Source of the DNA: Candidatus Latescibacterota bacterium
GTDB lineage: Bacteria > Latescibacterota > UBA2968 > GCA-2709665
Reading direction: 5' to 3'
DNA length: 64,000 nt
Assembly (NCBI GenBank): GCA_965205485.1
Contig: OZ242180.1
Coordinates: 4,576,001 to 4,640,000, forward strand
This document shows, in pieces, positions 25,002 through 36,714 of the stretch (position 1 is its first letter; each line of letters starts with the position of its first letter). Position numbers and translations under genes: made by a program. Below the pieces are notes generated by a model. The model was not told where the DNA came from, ran no database searches, and saw nothing but the letters and a program-made list of their open reading frames with translations.

Positions 25002-26054
25002 TCATTTCACCCGTACCGCCCGGCCGAGACGAACGGACTGGACTTCCTTGAAACAAAGCCGGAGCGCGTCCGCCGCCCGAACCCCGGACAACGCCTCGGA
25101 CGGGACCCCTTTCGCCACTTCATCCACCGCGGCCTGAATCTCCCGCGTAAACGCCACCACCGGGTCCCCCGAACCCAATCTGGGTTTACGGACTTTCTTG
25201 TCTTCCGTGAGCAGCGTTAGAGGTGTGGATAGGACCGGCTTGCCGCCAAGCGTGGCGAATTCGTAAATCAACGTCGCCCTCTCGAGATAGATTTCGAAAC
25301 CGTGTGCGAACGCGCGGCCGGGTTGTGAAATCGCGCCTGAAGCGCAGGTTATGCTGACGTCCGGCCGATCGAGATACCTGTAGCTCGTACACAAATACTC
25401 CGCGTAATGGTCGTTCACCAGCCGACCTGTAGATGATACGCGGTCGGGTACGCCGCAAAGCAGCAGAATGTAATGGGTATCGTGGATGTGCAGGTCAACA
25501 CCCGGACCGCCGCTTCGTTCGACGTCGCTGAATTCCGAAGACCAGTCGGGCTGAGAGATGATACGCTTGAAATGCCCGCCCAGCAGTGCGCCGTAGTCGC
25601 CGCCCGCAACGACCTTCCGCGCATAGGCGAACTCCGGGAAGAAAGGCAGAACCTGCGCCACCATCAGAGCGCGTCCGGCGGTTGCCGCCTCCTGAACCAT
25701 CCGGTCGGCGTGCTTCGGATTCAGCGCGATGGGCTTTTCGAGCAATACATGCTTACCTGCCCGCAACGCCGCGATCGTCACGTCTTTGTGCATCGCCGAA
25801 GGCAGGCAGACGTTTACGAGATCGATCCCGGGATCGGCCAGCAGATCGTCGATCTTTCGGTATGTCCGTATACCGGTCAGATCCTCGATCCCGCCAGGCT
25901 CACCGAAGTTTCCGTGGATACCCCTCCAATCCCCCTGAAGTTTCTTTTCGTCCCTCGTGCAGATGGCCGCCACCTTCCCGCCCTTCACCCTTCGTGCGCC
26001 GCGATAGTGTGTCATTCCCATGAATCCGATTCCGATGATGCCGATGTGTACCAT
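25002..26054 (-). CDS. Gfo/Idh/MocA family oxidoreductase
   Basis: IGIIGIGFMG, AGKHVLLEKP, DLHIHD. Confidence 0.93.
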   Translation of the reverse strand: MVHIGIIGIGFMGMTHYRGARRVKGGKVAAICTRDEKKLQGDWRGIHGNFGEPGGIEDLTGIRTYRKIDDLLADPGIDLVNVCLPSAMHKDVTIAALRAGKHVLLEKPIALNPKHADRMVQEAATAGRALMVAQVLPFFPEFAYARKVVAGGDYGALLGGHFKRIISQPDWSSEFSDVERSGGPGVDLHIHDTHYILLLCGVPDRVSSTGRLVNDHYAEYLCTSYRYLDRPDVSITCASGAISQPGRAFAHGFEIYLERATLIYEFATLGGKPVLSTPLTLLTEDKKVRKPRLGSGDPVVAFTREIQAAVDEVAKGVPSEALSGVRAADALRLCFKEVQSVRLGRAVRVK

Positions 26055-26420
26055 GGCGACCCTTCCTATTGAAATTCAACATGCCCGTCGCGCGCGCCAC
26101 AAAGAGACAATCTCGACTCCAATATAGAACGACCGGTGACGCGCAGCAAACGGAAACGGACTGACGGGAAGGAGGGCCTGATTTCTCCATCCGCTTCTTC
26201 AGACACCCGGCCGCTTGCACACGTTGAGGGCATCTCTGAATCAATCCAAGAAAGCCCTTGATGAAGCGGTAATTTTCGGTTATCGTTTATCGATCCGCAA
26301 TCCATTCGGTTCGAATTTTGTTTGCGACGTCCGGTCCGGAACCACGAGAATACATCAGGCGTTTTTCGATTGACGAGCGATACCCGCCAATCAGCAAGCT
26401 AACGAGGAGAAGCTGCACGG

Positions 26421-26960
26421 ATGAAAACGACCCTTCAGTCGCTGGCGTTCGCCGCCTCGATATCCATTGGTGCGGCAACACTTAACGCCGCCTCAGCCCC
26501 CGATTTCAACCTCAGAAACCTTCAGGGCGAACGCGTCAACCTCAAGAATCTGCTGGCAAAGGGTCCGGTGCTTCTGGATTTCTGGGCGACCTACTGCAAA
26601 CCCTGTGTAAAGGCAATGCCCAAACTCCAGAAGATTCACGAGAAATACGGCGAATCAGGGCTCACGGTTCTTGGCGTGAACGTGGACGGTCCGCGCGGGC
26701 AGAACCGGATCAAACCCTTTCTCAGGGCGCGAAAGGTCAACTTCCCCATCGCCCTGGACTCTGACAGTGCGGTGATGCGGCGAATGCAGGTGAACGTCCT
26801 GCCGACGACTCTTCTGATCACGACTGACGGGAAGATCGCGCTCCGGCAGGTCGGATACAATTCGAAAAACGCCGATGCGTTGCTGACTGCCGTAGCGGCG
26901 CTTTTTCCCGAATCCGGCCACGACGACGAGGCGAACGCGGATGCGAGCGCGGACCAATAG
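26421..26960 (+). CDS. Exported TlpA/ResA-like thiol-disulfide oxidoreductase
   Basis: Signal peptide, APDF.L, LLDFWATYCKPC, cis-Pro VLPTTLLI. GAGGAG SD. Confidence 0.92.
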   Translation: MKTTLQSLAFAASISIGAATLNAASAPDFNLRNLQGERVNLKNLLAKGPVLLDFWATYCKPCVKAMPKLQKIHEKYGESGLTVLGVNVDGPRGQNRIKPFLRARKVNFPIALDSDSAVMRRMQVNVLPTTLLITTDGKIALRQVGYNSKNADALLTAVAALFPESGHDDEANADASADQ

Positions 26961-28524
26961 CCTGACAATGCTCCTTCTGCTGGCGGCGTCGACACCGGCC
27001 GGCGCGCAGGTGACTGCATCCAGCCTGACCGAAATACAACGGGGACGCGTTCCGGGCTCGGACTCGCTGTCGGTTTCGTCACTCTATGAGCAACTCGACG
27101 TCGATTACACGCGGCACGGTCTGCAGGCCGGACTGAGGGCGGAGATCTTCAATGCATGGCGCGACCCCGCTCCCGGCTCTCCGCTTTCTCAGGTTGAATA
27201 CCAGGTCGTGCACGTGTCCCAGAAACACGTGCGCTGGACGCACGGACCCGTCGAGCTGGTTGGGGGCAACTACTACGCCATCCTGGGTCGCGGCATCACG
27301 CTCAGGGCCTTCGACCTGCCGGGAGTCATTCTGGAGAGCGGGCAATACCGGCGCCGCTATTCGCCTTCCCGGGACCTCGAGGGCGGCATGGCCACGTGGG
27401 CGGGGCCTCGGGCCGAGGCCAGAGCCCTGATCGGCCGCCCCGTACTAAGTGACATTCCCCCCGCGGTGCGGGTGGGCAATCCGCTTCGGGACCTGCCGCG
27501 GCGCGACAACTGGCTTCTTGGAGGGGAGGTTTCGCTGCGGCCAGCCAACCGGATCAAGACCGGCGTCACGGCCGTCAGCCATCACGCCTCCAGGTTTGAC
27601 TCCACGCGCACATGGTCGGGATATCTGGAACTCGACGTCACGCCTGCAATTGAAGCGTCAGGCCTTCAGGACGGGTATGCGACCGTCTACGCGGAGTACG
27701 CCGGTCTGAATGACGTGCACGTGGACGGCAGCGCGCTGTATCTTTCGGCCAATGCCGGCGTTTCCAACCTGGGATTGAGCCTGGAATACAAGGACTATGA
27801 GAATTTCGCCTTCAGTTTCAACGATCCCCCGTCCCTGGTTCGCGAACATGCGGCCGTCCTGCTCAACCGGTCCACCCATGCCCTGATTGCCGACGCGGAA
27901 ACGGGTTATCAGGTGGAAGCCACGTATTCGGTTTTCGGGCTGGGCACGCTGACGGCAAACATCAGCAAGGGGGAGAACGAACTCGCGCCCGGCTTTTCAA
28001 CGACCTTCAATGAGCGGTATCTGGGCGTGGACGTCGAACTGCCTCCGCTGGGCGGCGGGCACAGCGTGACGTCTACCGTCTTCTTCGATTGGGGAAAAGA
28101 CGAACTGAAGGGTATCGGAAAGCACCGGATCGGCGGTGTGGGGGCCGAATCCAATACACCCGGAGGGTCTGTCCTGGGTCTCGACCTGCAGGTCCGGCGC
28201 GCGGCCAGGCATCCCCGGAACGAGCCTGCGTTTTGGGATGTCTTTGCCCAGTTTTCCTATCAGCATCCCTCGGGCGTGGGCGGCGCCCTCATTCTTGATC
28301 GCACAAACGACCCGTTTGAAGTGGACGATGTCACAACGCGCGACCGGACCGAGACCGGCACGCGCACCTGGCTGGCAGTCAATCTCAACGTCGCCTTTCT
28401 CGAACGATACGAGGCCTTCGTATTCGCCGGCCGCAGGCGAGGCGGCGCCGCGTGTACATCGGGGACATGCTATCTGGTATTGCCGTTCAGTGGCCTTGAA
28501 ATGCGCCTAAAGACCTATTTCTGA
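26941..28524 (+). CDS. Putative outer-membrane beta-barrel (DUF6029-like) with C-terminal CxxxxC
   Basis: Signal peptide (AGA-Q), amphipathic strands, GNYY..LGRG, LEYKDY, ends GGAACTSGTCY..PFSG...KTYF with terminal Phe. Family label from memory. Confidence 0.7.
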   Translation: MRARTNSLTMLLLLAASTPAGAQVTASSLTEIQRGRVPGSDSLSVSSLYEQLDVDYTRHGLQAGLRAEIFNAWRDPAPGSPLSQVEYQVVHVSQKHVRWTHGPVELVGGNYYAILGRGITLRAFDLPGVILESGQYRRRYSPSRDLEGGMATWAGPRAEARALIGRPVLSDIPPAVRVGNPLRDLPRRDNWLLGGEVSLRPANRIKTGVTAVSHHASRFDSTRTWSGYLELDVTPAIEASGLQDGYATVYAEYAGLNDVHVDGSALYLSANAGVSNLGLSLEYKDYENFAFSFNDPPSLVREHAAVLLNRSTHALIADAETGYQVEATYSVFGLGTLTANISKGENELAPGFSTTFNERYLGVDVELPPLGGGHSVTSTVFFDWGKDELKGIGKHRIGGVGAESNTPGGSVLGLDLQVRRAARHPRNEPAFWDVFAQFSYQHPSGVGGALILDRTNDPFEVDDVTTRDRTETGTRTWLAVNLNVAFLERYEAFVFAGRRRGGAACTSGTCYLVLPFSGLEMRLKTYF

Positions 28525-28558
28525 CGCGGACCACACACTTTTTCCTAGGAGGATTGCG

Positions 28559-29539
28559 ATGATTCGATTCGTTGCATGCGTCGTGTTCCTGCTGGTCCCG
28601 GGATTCTTTCCGCCGGGTCCGGCGGAAGCCCAGAGTGTCGGTGACGCGGTACCGACGTTCTCGCTTACCGGGCTGGACGGAAAAACCTACGCCTCGGCGT
28701 CTTACAAGGGAAGTGTTCTGGCTCTCTATTACCTGGGCCATAACTGACCCACCTGCCGGGCGGCGGGTCCGTCCATAGAACAGCAGATCTGGAAGGCGTT
28801 CCAGGATGACGGCCTGGCGGTCCTGGGACTTGACATCTACAATGGCACTCAGGCTCAACTCAGGGGTTTTCAGACAGCGTCCACGATCACGTTTCCCCTG
28901 CTGCTGCAGGCAGGCAGTATCAGGGGATCTCACGGAACCCACACGTTGCTGGTCGCGGACCGGGAAGGGATCGTCCGTCACATCGGGCGCGGCGCTTCGG
29001 GTCTCAGCGCCGCGGCGGCGAACATCCGGGAACTGCTGACGCTCCCGCCGCCGACAATCAGACTTCCCAGTACGTCGCTCGACTTCGGCGAGGACGTTCC
29101 TGCCGGTGAAGCCAGGACCGTTACCCTCGTCGTAAGGAACACCGGTGGCAAAGACCTCAGCATTACGAATCTTGAGTCCGACCTCGAGGGCGTCACATTC
29201 AGCCTGACGGCACTCACGGTCGCGCCTGGCGAACGTGCAACCGTCGATATCACCTTCACGCCCGCGGAGGGAGGACCTTTCTCCGGCACGATTACCATTT
29301 CCAGCGATGACCCTGAAAACGGAAGTGTCACGGTCTCGATTTCCGGAACGGCGGTCGTCGTCCCCGTCAATCCCAAGGCCGACTTCGACAATGACGGCGA
29401 AATCGGATTCAGTGACTTCGTCGCCTTCGCCCAGGCCTTCAGTACCGACGACCCGACCTTCGACCTGAACGGAAACGGCCTGGTCGACTTCCCGGACTTT
29501 CTGGAATTCGCAAGGAACTTCGGCAAACGGGTGCCATGA
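28559..29539 (+). CDS. Putative secreted selenoprotein A: redoxin (UxxC) + Ig-like domain + paired EF-hand/dockerin-like domain, 326 aa, Sec at TGA 28745-28747
   Basis: Track ORFs 28559-28747 and 28946-29539 share a frame with only one stop (TGA) between them. Readthrough gives VGDAVPTFSL...YYLGHN-U-PTC...DGLAVLGLD...TFPLL...LVADREGIVR. Confidence 0.88.
28748..28775 (+). promoter_or_regulatory. Putative bacterial SECIS element A
   Basis: GGCG-GGTC-CGTC hairpin. The G-starting loop begins 18 nt after the UGA. Confidence 0.6.
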
Positions 29540-29594
29540 GTTGGCGCTGGGCGTGTACACCCGCAGGATTGTCCCTTCCCGAAGGAGGTATCAC

Positions 29595-30572
29595 ATGTAC
29601 CGACTCCTGGTTGCCGCGGTGATCATGGGCCTCTTCGCGCCTGCGTCCGCATGGGCTCAGAAGGTCGGAGATGCAGTACCGTCCTTCTCGCTCACGGGGC
29701 TGGATGACAAGACCTACATGCCCGCGAATTATGCGGGTAACGTCTTCGTGCTCTACTACCTGGGCCATAACTGAGACCTGTGCAGACAGACGGGTCCGTC
29801 TATAGAAAGACAAATCTGGAAGGCGTTCCAGGATGACGGCCTGACGGTGCTGGGACTCGACGTCTATAATGGCAGCAAATCGCAATTGCAAGCCTTTCAA
29901 AGAGTCACCGGGGTCACGTTCCCGCTTCTCCTGCGAGCCGGCCGCGCATTTCCGAGAACGCTCGGCGTTGACCATACGCTTGTCGTGGACCGCAAGGGCA
30001 CGATCCGTCACATCGGGATACGCAAACCGGCGTCAATCACCGCAACGGCCGCGCGTATCCGGGAACTGCTGAGCGTCCCGCCGCCGGCGATCAAACTTTC
30101 GGGTAGGTCACTCAACTTTGGCGAGGACGTGCCAGCCGGACTATCCAGAACGCTCACCCTGGTCGTTCACAATACCGGCGGTGTATCGCTTACGATCAGC
30201 GACATTCAATCCGATCTCGAGGAAATCTACATCAACACCACTGAGGTATCGGTCGCGGCAGGAGACAGCGCGAGGGTGGCGATCACATTCACGCCGGCCG
30301 AAACCGGTCCCTTCTCCGGCACGATTACGATTACCAGCGACGATCCGGAAAACAGAAGCATCACGGTCGCTGTTTCCGGAGCGGTCATCGTTGTCCCCGT
30401 CAATCCCCGGGCCGACTTCGACCATGACGGCAAAATCGGCTTCAGCGACTTCGTCGCCTTCGCACAGGCTTTCAACACCCGCAATGGCACCTTCGACCTG
30501 GATGGAAACGGCCTGGTTGAATTCCCGGACTTCCTGGAATTCGCCAGAAACTTCGGCAAGAGCGTGCCATGA
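29595..30572 (+). CDS. Putative secreted selenoprotein B, paralog of A, 325 aa, Sec at TGA 29772-29774
   Basis: AAGGAGG SD, signal peptide AWA-Q, YYLGHN-U-DLC in frame with ORF 29847-30572. Same domain architecture as A. Confidence 0.88.
29775..29801 (+). promoter_or_regulatory. Putative bacterial SECIS element B
   Basis: AGACG-GGTC-CGTCT hairpin. Loop 18 nt after the UGA, as in copy A. Confidence 0.6.
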
Positions 30573-30596
30573 GTTCGCGCCGGGTCAATGGACGCA

Positions 30597-30628
30597 GAAA
30601 AAACACGCTGTTTCCGGCGTGTTTTTTC
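30597..30628 (+). terminator. Intrinsic (possibly bidirectional) terminator closing the redoxin operon
   Basis: GAAAAAACACGCTG-TTTC-CGGCGTGTTTTTTC. Confidence 0.8.
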
Positions 30629-30942
30629 GTTTCCAGCCTGGACGCCGCGCATGGACTGTTTGATGTTCTGACCGACTATATGATTGATAAACAGACGTTT
30701 ATTTCGATCAGACCCAGCGGTTTTTCAGAAACCCGGCAGAGTTCTCAGGCGTCTAAGAGTCATCCGGATTTCCGGACGTGGTCCGGTATGAAGGTCGTCA
30801 CCCGCAATGTGGCATCGATCGCTGCGCGGTAAACCCATTGAATCGAGTTGTGCGTACGCCCGCGTGCGGGTTTTCATTGACTGAAGACCGATAGTGGCCG
30901 CTGCCGGCCGCGCCCCTGTCAGATTGAAACAGGACAATCCAG

Positions 30943-32403
30943 ATGGTCACGGCAAAAACGGATAATCAACTCATGAAACCGGGTCACGGCACCAGTGCCG
31001 CTACAAACGACCTGTTGCCGACCGTGAAATCGTATATTGACAGGCACGGCATGATCCGGCCGGGCGATGGGGTTGTCGTTGGCGTATCGGGAGGGCCGGA
31101 CTCGGTATCGCTGCTGGATCTGCTGTCACGGCTTCGCAAATCTCTCGACCTCCGGCTCTTCGTTGCCCACCTCAACCATCAACTCAGGGGTCTGGCTTCG
31201 GATGAGGACCAGCATTTCGTTTCGGATCTCGCCGAAGCGATGGATCTTCCGTGCTTTTCCGAAAAGGCGGTCCTGCCCGACGAGGGCTCTCCTGAGGAAG
31301 CGGCTCGAGACGCCCGTCTCGCTTTCTTCAGTCGCGTCCTGCGAAACACCGGCGCTTCCCGCATCGCGTTGGGTCATACCCGCAGCGATCAGGCCGAAAC
31401 TGTCCTGATGCGACTGATTCGCGGCGCCGGTACGACCGGGCTCGGCGGGATCAGACCCATCCGCGACGGGATCTGGATCCGCCCGCTCCTCGGGGTTTCC
31501 CGGCAGCAGATACAGGCATATGTCGAACACCGGAACCTGCGCGTGCGTCACGACAATACCAACACTGAAACCCGCTTCCTCCGGAACCGGATCAGGCATC
31601 TTCTTCTGCCGGAGATCGCGTCGGATTACAACCCCTCGATCGAGGCGGTCCTTGCAAGGTCCGCGGAGATTATCCAGAGTGAAGATCAACTGCTCGGCCG
31701 GCAGGCTGAATCGGCGTACCGGAAAGCCCTGCGTTACGAGGGAAAACGAAAAATAATCCTTGATGAAAACGCCGTTTTCGGTTATCATATAGCACTTCAG
31801 CGCAGGTTGTTCAGAACGGCGCTTTTCCGACTTCGAGGTTGCTTGCGGGACCTCGATGAGAAGAGCGTCGGCCGCATGGAGAGCCTGCGGCAGACACCCG
31901 CCGGTTCGGTTCAGGTGTCTGCCGATATTTCCGTTCATCTTTCCAGCCCGTGGCTGATCCTGAGTCGGCCGACGCCGGCGTTCGAGACCGAAGTGGCCGT
32001 TCCGGGCGTCACCGAAATCCCGGAAATCGGCGCATCTGTCGAGGCGAAGATCAGTCCGGCCGGCGATGTGCAAAAGGCAGACCTGTCGTCCGATCCGTTT
32101 CGCGCCTGTTTCGATCGGGAAGCGGTCGCCGGTCGCCTGACACTCAGAAACCGGCGCCGTGCGGATCGTTTCGCGCCGTTCGGCATGGCTGGAACACAAA
32201 AAGTAAGCGACCTGTTGATCAACCTCAAGATCCCCAGACCGCTGCGTGATGAAGTCCCGCTGCTACTGGGAGGAAAGGCCATCCTCTGGGTGGCCGGCTT
32301 GCGTACGGCCCGGTCCACGGCCGTTACGCATCGGGCGAGAACGGTGCTGGAAGTCACCCTCAGGGGTGGCTGGGGAGAGATTCTCACCTCCTCGGGAGCA
32401 TAA
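30943..32403 (+). CDS. tilS: tRNA(Ile)-lysidine synthase
   Basis: [35 protein letters not shown]-terminal TilS_C domain. Start uncertain. Confidence 0.96.
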   Translation: MVTAKTDNQLMKPGHGTSAATNDLLPTVKSYIDRHGMIRPGDGVVVGVSGGPDSVSLLDLLSRLRKSLDLRLFVAHLNHQLRGLASDEDQHFVSDLAEAMDLPCFSEKAVLPDEGSPEEAARDARLAFFSRVLRNTGASRIALGHTRSDQAETVLMRLIRGAGTTGLGGIRPIRDGIWIRPLLGVSRQQIQAYVEHRNLRVRHDNTNTETRFLRNRIRHLLLPEIASDYNPSIEAVLARSAEIIQSEDQLLGRQAESAYRKALRYEGKRKIILDENAVFGYHIALQRRLFRTALFRLRGCLRDLDEKSVGRMESLRQTPAGSVQVSADISVHLSSPWLILSRPTPAFETEVAVPGVTEIPEIGASVEAKISPAGDVQKADLSSDPFRACFDREAVAGRLTLRNRRRADRFAPFGMAGTQKVSDLLINLKIPRPLRDEVPLLLGGKAILWVAGLRTARSTAVTHRARTVLEVTLRGGWGEILTSSGA

Positions 32404-32420
32404 TCGTCAAGGCGGTTCTT

Positions 32421-34568
<2,148 letters not shown>

Positions 34569-34645
34569 ACTCAGTACTCGGGTTTCATTGAGGGATGGTA
34601 AAACGCCGTTTCATTTTGCCATCCCTTTGCATTTCCGGTGTCAGC

Positions 34646-35629
34646 ATGCAGTACATTAGATCCCCCGCCCGTCGGCTCGACTGCCGGGGAAACATCCTCC
34701 AACTGGGCTCACGGACCGTCATCATGGGGATTCTCAACGTGACGCCCGATTCGTTTGCCGACGGTGGACGTTATTTCGAGCCGCGGCAGGCCGTTGAACG
34801 CGCACTTCAGATGGCTGAAGAAGGCGCGGACATCATCGACGTGGGCGGCGAATCCACACGTCCGGCGGGAACTTACGGGGCCGGCGCCCAACCCGTCTCT
34901 GTGGATGAGGAAATCCGCCGTACCGCACCTGTCATCGAAGAAATCGCAGCCAGAACCAATCTGATCATCTCCATTGACACAACCAAAGCGCCTGTCGCGC
35001 AACACGCCTTACGGTTGGGCGCATCTATCGTAAACGACATCAGCGCCATGCGGTTCGACCCTCTCATGGGCGCAACGATCGCGCAATTTGACGCCGCGGT
35101 CGTTCTCATGCACATGAAGGGTACACCCCTGACCATGCAGATCGAGCCGGCGTATGACAACCTGATCCGCGAAATCCTCGATTTTCTCGACGAGCGCAAG
35201 ACCGCGGCCATCGGAGCGGGCATCGATCCCGGCCGGATTCTGATCGACCCGGGTCTGGGATTTGGCAAACAAAATGCCCACAATTTTGAGATTCTCGCCC
35301 GGCTTGAAGAATTCCATGACCTCGGCTGCCCTCTGATGATCGGCCCCTCGCGCAAGAAATTCACCGGCGCCGCACTGGATCTTCCGCCAGAGGCGCGACT
35401 GCACGGCACCCTGGCCGCCGTGGTCTTCTCCGCGGCTGCGGGGGCCCACGTCGTACGTGTGCACGACGCGGGTGCCGCAGTTCAAGCCGTACGTGTCGCG
35501 GAACAAATCGTGGCTGCCTCCGGTACAGTGTGCAGTACACCCGAGGGAATGCAACAGATTCATTCGGGCGCGGATACGTCTGGAAAAACCTCTGCCCGGG
35601 TAAGAAACCACATTCCCACTCCCTGTTAG
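34646..35629 (+). CDS. folP: Dihydropteroate synthase
   Basis: MGILNVTPDSF.DGG, GGESTRP, DPGLGFGK, SRK, RVHD. Confidence 0.97.
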   Translation: MQYIRSPARRLDCRGNILQLGSRTVIMGILNVTPDSFADGGRYFEPRQAVERALQMAEEGADIIDVGGESTRPAGTYGAGAQPVSVDEEIRRTAPVIEEIAARTNLIISIDTTKAPVAQHALRLGASIVNDISAMRFDPLMGATIAQFDAAVVLMHMKGTPLTMQIEPAYDNLIREILDFLDERKTAAIGAGIDPGRILIDPGLGFGKQNAHNFEILARLEEFHDLGCPLMIGPSRKKFTGAALDLPPEARLHGTLAAVVFSAAAGAHVVRVHDAGAAVQAVRVAEQIVAASGTVCSTPEGMQQIHSGADTSGKTSARVRNHIPTPC

Positions 35630-35658
35630 TACACATACGACCTCGCGAAGGAACACCG

Positions 35659-36702
35659 ATGCCGGGAAAGTCAGACGCATACGCGGCCGCCGGCGTGAAT
35701 ATTGAGGGTGCCGATCGCACCAAGAGGGGATTCGCCGCATTGGTACGATCGACGTTCGGCCCGGAAGTACTTGCCGACATCGGCGGTTTCGGCGGCCTCT
35801 ATGCGCCTCAGTGGGATGCTTACCGTGACCCCGTCCTCGTGGCCGGGACGGATGGCGTCGGCACCAAGCTGAAAATTGCGTTTCTGACCGGTATCCACAA
35901 TACGGTGGGAGCCGACCTTGTCGCCCATTGCGCCAATGACATCCTTGTGCAGGGGGCACGTCCGCTCTTCTTCCTGGACTACCTCGCCATGGGGAAACAC
36001 GATTCCGCCGTGGCCGAGGCCGTCGTTGAGGGAATCGCAAACGGTTGTAAAGCCTGCGGATGCGCGCTGCTGGGCGGCGAAATGGCGGAAATGCCCGACT
36101 TCTACGCGGAGGGGGAATATGACCTGGCAGGGACGATCGTGGGCATTGTCAACCGGGAAGACATTCTGGACGGCTCCCGGGTGCAGCCGGGGGACAAACT
36201 CATCGCACTGCCGTCGTCCGGGCTCCACACCAACGGTTATTCACTGGCGCGCAGACTCCTGTTCGAAACCGCGGGATGGGACGTCGCCACACAGCTGGAC
36301 GAACTCGGCGGCACCATCGGCGAGACCCTGCTGGCTCCCCACCGGAGTTACGTTTCGTCCGTGTTCAGTCTCAGGGAAGCCGTGACCTTAAGGGGGATGG
36401 CCCACATCACCGGAGGAGGCATCGTGGATAACCTGCCACGCACTCTTCCGGACGGGCTTGGCGCACGTATTCTCAGGGGAACCTGGCCCGAACCGCCTGT
36501 GTTCAACCTCCTGCAGAGGGTGGGAGACGACATCCACGTCGACGAGATGTTTCGCGTGTTCAATATGGGCATGGGCATGGTACTCGTCGTACCGTCGGGT
36601 CAGGCAGAACAAGCGGTTGAGGAACTGAATCGACACGGTGATGAAGGCTACATTATCGGTGAAGTCGTCACCGACACCGCTTCCGACGTCCAAATCATCT
36701 AG
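35659..36702 (+). CDS. purM: Phosphoribosylformylglycinamidine cyclo-ligase
   Basis: Y..AGV.I, IGGFGG, TDGVGTK, SSGLHTNGYSL, HITGGG, FNMG.G. Confidence 0.97.
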   Translation: MPGKSDAYAAAGVNIEGADRTKRGFAALVRSTFGPEVLADIGGFGGLYAPQWDAYRDPVLVAGTDGVGTKLKIAFLTGIHNTVGADLVAHCANDILVQGARPLFFLDYLAMGKHDSAVAEAVVEGIANGCKACGCALLGGEMAEMPDFYAEGEYDLAGTIVGIVNREDILDGSRVQPGDKLIALPSSGLHTNGYSLARRLLFETAGWDVATQLDELGGTIGETLLAPHRSYVSSVFSLREAVTLRGMAHITGGGIVDNLPRTLPDGLGARILRGTWPEPPVFNLLQRVGDDIHVDEMFRVFNMGMGMVLVVPSGQAEQAVEELNRHGDEGYIIGEVVTDTASDVQII

Positions 36703-36714
36703 CGGGAGTTAGCC

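Noticed and set aside
21850..26420. Replication origin at the switch from minus- to plus-strand genes
   Set aside because: No dnaA/dnaN, no DnaA-box cluster and no AT-rich unwinding element seen. GC skew could not be computed.
28745..29774. Genome-wide UGA reassignment (Trp/Gly) or simple pseudogenes as the explanation for the internal TGAs
   Set aside because: TGA terminates many intact genes here, including these two. The internal TGA falls exactly on the catalytic Cys in both diverged paralogs, with no other lesions.
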